From Candidatus Poseidonia alphae (GTDB lineage Archaea; Thermoplasmatota; Poseidoniia; Poseidoniales; Poseidoniaceae): 64,000 nt of DNA. How positions within the stretch are numbered: the first letter of the stretch is position 1; each line of letters starts with the position of its first letter. The position numbers were made by a program, and so were the translations under genes. Below the pieces are notes generated by a model, which was not told where the DNA came from, searched no databases, and saw only the letters and a program-made list of their open reading frames with translations. Shown piece after piece: positions 60,401-64,000 of the stretch. The stretch covers positions 39,809 through 103,808 of the forward strand of contig DAVD01000012.1 of the NCBI GenBank assembly GCA_002505405.1, read 5' to 3'.

Positions 60401-62137
60401 ATTCGCTACGAATTCAAAGCCATGGACTACCACATTGGCCTCAATCGGTTGGCCGTCCAAATCAGTGAATGTCACGGGGGTTTCTTCCAAAAAGTAAGAT
60501 TCAGCCGTGTTAATTGTTGGCGAGCTTTCGCTTCCATAGTAGAGCACCCCTAGACCCGAGGCATCACCGGCTCCTTGTGCGGTGTTGATCGGTTCAAAGG
60601 ATCGAACGGTAGCGGTAGCGGTGGAGGTCTCGAGCAGGAGGGCAACATCGTGAAGTGTACCTGTTAAGTTGATCGCTTGAAGATGTGACTGTCCAACCAA
60701 ATGGACGCCATAGGTCTGTGCAAGTGTGGAAATGTCCTCTGCTGTAACATCACTGTTGATGAGATGCAGGCCTGCCGTTGAGCCTTGGTGGGCATTCAAC
60801 GAGGCAATCGTTGCAACACTTCGTTCCATTCGCATTCCGATGGAGGTATTCTCGGTGTTCATTTCACCAAGGTTGAGGTCAGCGTACCACGCGTTCACAC
60901 CAACAGAGGAAGAATCCCCCGATTGAAAGGATTTGTGAATGGAAATACCATCCCAGTCGTGTACACCACCCAATGCGTCGATTCCCGTAGATTGAACGTC
61001 CCCCAACTCCACACCGACCGCAGAAAGGAGAGAGGTTGGCGTTTGGATGTTAATTCCGACGCCATCGGTGACCACGTTCGAGTTTGCAATGTCCAAATGT
61101 CCAGCCCCTGACGCAAAGATTGCTTGCTGACTGGCTGTGATTTGGCTGTTTGTTAGTTCATGAGTGCCGCTTCCTGAGAGCGACATGCCTCGTGAAGTAT
61201 TGAGAAGGTTCAATCCATCATAGGTGCATTGTCCCGAGCATTTCATGTCCACCACGTAGCGGGAGTCCTGGTGGGTAGCATTGAATTCAACATCGTGAAG
61301 TTCAAACCCTGAAACCGAGGTCCCTAACAGCATTCGCTGTCCAGAAAAAACGGCTTGATTTATTTTGAGATCGTCTGAATTCGCAGCATCGATAGCGATG
61401 GCCAGGTCGGCTCCCACGACATTTGAGATGTTGATGGCGGCCCCTGGGTTAGCGGCGATACCAACCGCAGCATCATCAAGTTCAAGCCCGTCCACATGAA
61501 GCGAGCCACCGTGTGCCCGGACGCCAATGCCAGACTGTGACACGTCAAAATCGGTTACAATCGCAGTCCCAGATGAATCAAGTCCAACGGCTGTATCGGT
61601 CACCTCAGCATTGCTCAAGGTCAGTGACCCTGAATCAAGGTAGACCGCTTCATAGTCCATACCTTGAGCAGTCAGGTCGTCAACAATAGCGGTGCCCCCA
61701 TGTACGGCAATACCACGGTATGCATCGTTTAGGGTGAGGCCGTTAGCATTCAACGTCCCTTCTACGCGAAGTGCTGCTGAAGCGTTTGAAATCGAAACCT
61801 CGTCCAATGTTGCCGTTCCGGTGGGCGTTATAACAAGGCCAATCCACAGTCCTTGACCGTGTGAGCCTTGGGTGAGCGGGACTGTTGATGAGAAGAATGA
61901 GGTTTGGTCAGCATCCAAGGTCCCCTCAACGGTTAACGAATACGTTTTGGCGTCAACCGTTGTTCCGGGTTCAAGCGTCAGTGTAGCTCCTTGGTCAACG
62001 GTGACGTTTCCCTCAAGGGTAACGGTTCCTGACCAAGTCGTGTTAACGGTGACCGTGCTGTCTGCTGCAGGGACCATTGGAACCCAAGCCATGGTGACCA
62101 TTAGGGAGATGAGGAGAAAGGCGGGTAGGCTTCGCAT
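57455..62137 (-). CDS. Giant cell-surface protein: signal peptide, long right-handed parallel beta-helix repeat region, Asp-rich Ca-binding (thrombospondin-type-3-like) module, C-terminal TM anchor
   Basis: Signal peptide MRSLPAFLLISLMVTMAWVPMVPA. Dozens of about 22-aa G/N/T/S-rich beta-helix turns. DLDDDNDGFTDVKDAFPLDGCAYLDTDGDTQPDD and DMDDDGDGIPD. TM helix AIMLVVTLFGIAVLMFF followed by ARLRKG. Confidence 0.6.
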   Translation of the reverse strand: MRSLPAFLLISLMVTMAWVPMVPAADSTVTVNTTWSGTVTLEGNVTVDQGATLTLEPGTTVDAKTYSLTVEGTLDADQTSFFSSTVPLTQGSHGQGLWIGLVITPTGTATLDEVSISNASAALRVEGTLNANGLTLNDAYRGIAVHGGTAIVDDLTAQGMDYEAVYLDSGSLTLSNAEVTDTAVGLDSSGTAIVTDFDVSQSGIGVRAHGGSLHVDGLELDDAAVGIAANPGAAINISNVVGADLAIAIDAANSDDLKINQAVFSGQRMLLGTSVSGFELHDVEFNATHQDSRYVVDMKCSGQCTYDGLNLLNTSRGMSLSGSGTHELTNSQITASQQAIFASGAGHLDIANSNVVTDGVGINIQTPTSLLSAVGVELGDVQSTGIDALGGVHDWDGISIHKSFQSGDSSSVGVNAWYADLNLGEMNTENTSIGMRMERSVATIASLNAHQGSTAGLHLINSDVTAEDISTLAQTYGVHLVGQSHLQAINLTGTLHDVALLLETSTATATVRSFEPINTAQGAGDASGLGVLYYGSESSPTINTAESYFLEETPVTFTDLDGQPIEANVVVHGFEFVANSNGALTLPLSSSGSLIDATYQGAGVRVVLTGGYIGQSVQVPIIPAGDWTIPSSKVVILGPRPDGASHQLTGSLTISDGAQLTLMNTVLIVPASESVSLLGTGVLEGEASTIEAPSLSVSPQGRLGALSSVVDEESFLTIDGDVTWNCAVQKQVNGIHFDGSLALQPYCEVRQNEGRIPTQVSVLNDAKFESFSQAYVTVLDKGSPVEGALISVAGATTQTNSNGYGFLSHPSLVVDSSGENWYGTVMLTISANGLLDFISWDTNVSFEHTFMASTLPSGTVNDWLILEKQWSPYTLSSSLILSKDATMTVQDGVSLRVSNDATITVNGTMDVDEATLASTGSGARWGGLILGDSAGASIDLAGATVVEAAPAVRINGDGSFSANGVFFARSASESLITVETGSNAEVQLRDSHLQDAGNGCLRVFQSTGIFSMSNVTLSDCGGPGLWARQTSLSVSKITLGGGIEQGLDLTGVTGQVDGVHAHAFSGTGSLISLSSIDGTFALSDVNGVTGGLGGIIGSENKALNLQDINLTGAPGIDIDRSAGTITNVHLSGDGSGTAVVFHHGRSLDPLYLTNVTIEQFAVGLGLHLDADEQATPLVVRSSSITASTSLSTEGYDVRFEDTNLLGLVENYGAHVDLVDGSHNGIEVSEGGSFNAYRTFVLDAQRNGIPLNAEFTVQFPNSSLPEMHLMGTTIDAEIIVRMITDSSDSTATAASFTATSAGSPSASIFVESLATADRNVVISLVVNQAPTAELTEPMAGGRVMEGDSIRAAVHVQDDIDGVESIIISWKVYDVSGNAVLQNGNEPVFNITDLTAGFYVVEVTATDSYGLSSSTSVDIEYTLLDTDLDWLSTCQSDTWFDSTLGRTCGPDIYDLDDDNDGFTDVKDAFPLDGCAYLDTDGDTQPDDLNCPEGVTSWLTVDMDDDGDGIPDSLEGVEADSGNDNINAIMLVVTLFGIAVLMFFARLRKGGPGEFTSIDETHL

Positions 62138-62222
62138 GATTCTGCGTTAACTCCCCGCCATATCAAACCAAAGGCTTCGCGTCAATGTTAGATTCAATTT
62201 TCTTTGAGTTTTTGAGTAGGGT

Positions 62223-62282
62223 GAGAGTAGGGTCGCACCATGTGATATGATAATTGTCTTGAAGCCCCTTGACCCTACTCTC
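62223..62282. repeat. Perfect 12-bp inverted repeat GAGAGTAGGGTC ... GACCCTACTCTC separated by 36 nt
   Basis: Read directly from the sequence. The left arm is preceded by a near-copy gagtagggt. A second imperfect palindrome GACCCTTTATAAGGGGTC lies at 62329–62346. Confidence 0.6.
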
Positions 62283-62403
62283 GATGTGGTGTCGGTCAAT
62301 TCCGCCCCCAACTGAATAAGATCGTTTTGACCCTTTATAAGGGGTCGGGGGGGTCGGCCTTTTTTTGAAAGTGGGCTAATGCTGACAGTAAATTCATTAT
62401 GGG

Positions 62404-62433
62404 TTAAAAATAAATTCAAAATCGAAAAAGGCC
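62404..62433 (-). terminator. T-rich tract downstream of tRNA-Pro / rpoN operon (archaeal oligo-T terminator)
   Basis: The minus strand reads GGCCTTTTTCGATTTTGAATTTATTTTT about 50 nt past the tRNA 3' end. Confidence 0.4.
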
Positions 62434-62481
62434 GAATTCAATTCCTAAGTCGCCAACATGTATTCATGTGTAAATCAAGGA

Positions 62482-62556
62482 TGGGCCCGCCCGGATTTGA
62501 ACCGGGGTCTGACGGCCCCCAGCCGCCAAGTATAGGCCAAGCTAACCCACGGGCCC
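62482..62556 (-). tRNA. tRNA-Pro (anticodon GGG), no encoded CCA
   Basis: Acceptor GGGCCCG/CGGGCCC. Anticodon arm GGCGG-CUGGGGG-CCGUC. T arm CCCGG-TTCAAAT-CCGGG. The D-stem pairs poorly (GGUU/AUAC). Confidence 0.65.
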
Positions 62557-62565
62557 GTTGTGATC

Positions 62566-62769
62566 TCAATTTCGAGCTGCACTGAACGGTGCGATCTCTT
62601 GAATGAGGTCGAGGTGGCCTACATACATGCGTCGGCAGCAGTAACGTGCGAGGCCCACTTCATCGAGGGCTTCGGCGTCGGTTTTGCCTTCGCTTAGCAA
62701 TATTTTGAATTCTTCCCATTTGTGGGCGACAACGGCGCCACAGCTGAAACATCGTACTGGAATAATCAT
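62566..62769 (-). CDS. rpoN: DNA-directed RNA polymerase subunit N (Rpb10 homolog)
   Basis: MIIPVRCFSCG...YCCRRM zinc-binding signature. Confidence 0.85.
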   Translation of the reverse strand: MIIPVRCFSCGAVVAHKWEEFKILLSEGKTDAEALDEVGLARYCCRRMYVGHLDLIQEIAPFSAARN

Positions 62770-62778
62770 GATATCACT

Positions 62779-63216
62779 TCATCGGTAGGACTTCTGCTTC
62801 TTGCGGCGAGCACCACGGCCGAGTTGATGTTTGGCTTCCTTACGACGTGGGTCGTTCACGAGGAGGCTGCGATCAAAGCGCAGGTATTCGTCACGAAGTT
62901 CTTCGTCGATGCCTTCTGCTCCGCCGTTATAGTGGACGAGTCCACGGGCGATAGCGGTTCGGATAGCGTCGGTTTGTCCCATAATCCCTCCACCGTTGGT
63001 GGTAATGGTAATGTCAACCTTGCTCAAACGATTCATGGCGTCGGCGATAACCAGCGGCTCCATGGACTTGCGACGAGCAAGTGAAGGTTGAAGGATTTCA
63101 ATCGGTTCTGAGTTCACGCGAACTCGGCCTTTTCCGGCCTTTACCGATGCACGAGCAACGGCTGTCTTGCGCTTACCTGAGGATTCAACTGATTTTTTCT
63201 TTCTTGCTGCCATCAT
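62779..63216 (-). CDS. rps9: 30S ribosomal protein S9 (uS9)
   Basis: GKRKTAVARA and C-terminal ...KKQKSYR. Confidence 0.9.
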   Translation of the reverse strand: MMAARKKKSVESSGKRKTAVARASVKAGKGRVRVNSEPIEILQPSLARRKSMEPLVIADAMNRLSKVDITITTNGGGIMGQTDAIRTAIARGLVHYNGGAEGIDEELRDEYLRFDRSLLVNDPRRKEAKHQLGRGARRKKQKSYR

Positions 63217-63707
63217 TGTTCACCTCCGGTCCATCGATGCGTTGGGGCACCCAAGTCTGCGCTGATATCGCCCAGACGGATGAAACGCTCAGGAAGGTCT
63301 CGTCGGAATTTGCTGTCGTCGCCGTGTTGGTGGCCTTCTGGTAGGTCGCCCGCCAAATGGCTTGGGCATCCAATTTCAACCCGAAGGTTGCGAAGGGCAC
63401 GACGGCCGCTGCTCTTCTTTTGGTACGGTAACATACCTCGGACAGAGCGCTTGAGAATCATATCGGGCATACGTGGGTAGAACGGACCCTTACGGGCGTG
63501 GTTCAATGCATACTTTGCATGATAGGTGTCAAGAACAGATCGTGGTCGGCCGGAAACGATTGCTTTCTCTGCGTTGATGATGATAACTTTGTCATCACGA
63601 TGCTCTCGTGCTGCTTTGAGCAAGAGTTCCGCAGAGGCAGAAGCCAAACGACCCAAAATGAGTCCGTCGGCGTCGAATACGTAGGTCGTTTCATCCAAGG
63701 ATAACAA
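63213..63707 (-). CDS. rpl13: 50S ribosomal protein L13 (uL13)
   Basis: DADGLILGRLAS... and 4-nt overlap with rps9. Confidence 0.9.
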   Translation of the reverse strand: MLSLDETTYVFDADGLILGRLASASAELLLKAAREHRDDKVIIINAEKAIVSGRPRSVLDTYHAKYALNHARKGPFYPRMPDMILKRSVRGMLPYQKKSSGRRALRNLRVEIGCPSHLAGDLPEGHQHGDDSKFRRDLPERFIRLGDISADLGAPTHRWTGGEQ

Positions 63708-64000
63708 CCCCCGTGCCTGTTGGGTTTTCGTTCATCAGCTCGCTGTAGGTCATGAAACGACCTCCAGCGGCTTCTATTTTCTCACGTGCGCCGTTGCTGA
63801 CACTGTAGGCGGCGATGGTGTGACCGTTGGTCAACTCACCTGAGCCAAGCAGCTTGCCTGGTACGAGGATGGTTGCACCCTCGGGGGCGTAGCGGCTTAC
63901 ACGGCTAAGGTTAGGTTGGGCCCAATTCTTACGACTCTTTGAAAGTCGCAAGGCCACATCTCGCCAAACAGCTACTCCGGTGTCGCGAGACTGGGCTTTC
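63691..64000 (-). CDS. rpl18e: 50S ribosomal protein L18e, 5'-truncated at window end
   Basis: GVAVWRD MALRLSKSRK...RYAPEGATILVPGKLLGSGEL matches the L18e core. The frame stays open to nt 64000. Confidence 0.8.
   Translation of the reverse strand, partial: KAQSRDTGVAVWRDVALRLSKSRKNWAQPNLSRVSRYAPEGATILVPGKLLGSGELTNGHTIAAYSVSNGAREKIEAAGGRFMTYSELMNENPTGTGVVILG

Noticed and set aside
62147-62419. 90-aa minus-strand ORF in the structured intergenic region
   Set aside because: It covers the palindromes and T/A tracts. The composition is non-coding-like, and it is more likely regulatory DNA.

Overview
The window reads as a chromosomal segment of a halophilic archaeon with low GC (about 47–50% by eye) and a strongly acidic (Asp/Glu-rich) proteome. 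This is compatible with a Haloquadratum-like genome; that is inference only. Genes are densely packed on both strands, many with 1–4 nt start/stop overlaps.

The most notable content is a bacterial-type two-gene AddAB-like helicase–nuclease operon (13806–22477, minus strand). The first gene (1243 aa) has degenerate helicase motifs, a RecB-type nuclease and a CxxCx5C Fe–S motif. The second (about 1646 aa) is a complete UvrD-type SF1 helicase with a C-terminal Cys-rich RecB nuclease. The two are translationally coupled through a TAATG overlap.

A divergently transcribed, highly divergent TFB-like gene (TFIIB-type Zn ribbon) sits immediately upstream. Next to it is an Arg/His/Trp-rich protein of about 790 aa with no family I could recognise; its composition is atypical for a halophile proteome. 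A standalone Cas4-like Fe–S nuclease is convergent with a DnaQ-like 3'-5' exonuclease inside a stretch of hypothetical genes that follows a tRNA-Arg. Three giant cell-surface proteins (FG-GAP/fn3, parallel beta-helix, and a 5'-truncated one at the window start) each carry a C-terminal TM anchor.

Other calls: pabC plus a PabB–PabA fusion (order B then A), a YchF-type GTPase, proline iminopeptidase, threonine aldolase, two tandem Pth2 paralogs, GatE, MCM, PurM, Trm1, two PAC2-family paralogs, NAD-dependent LigA, tRNA-Arg(GCG), tRNA-Pro(GGG), and a fragment of the ribosomal-protein/RNA-polymerase operon (L18e–L13–S9–RpoN).

No CRISPR array, integrase or transposase was seen.
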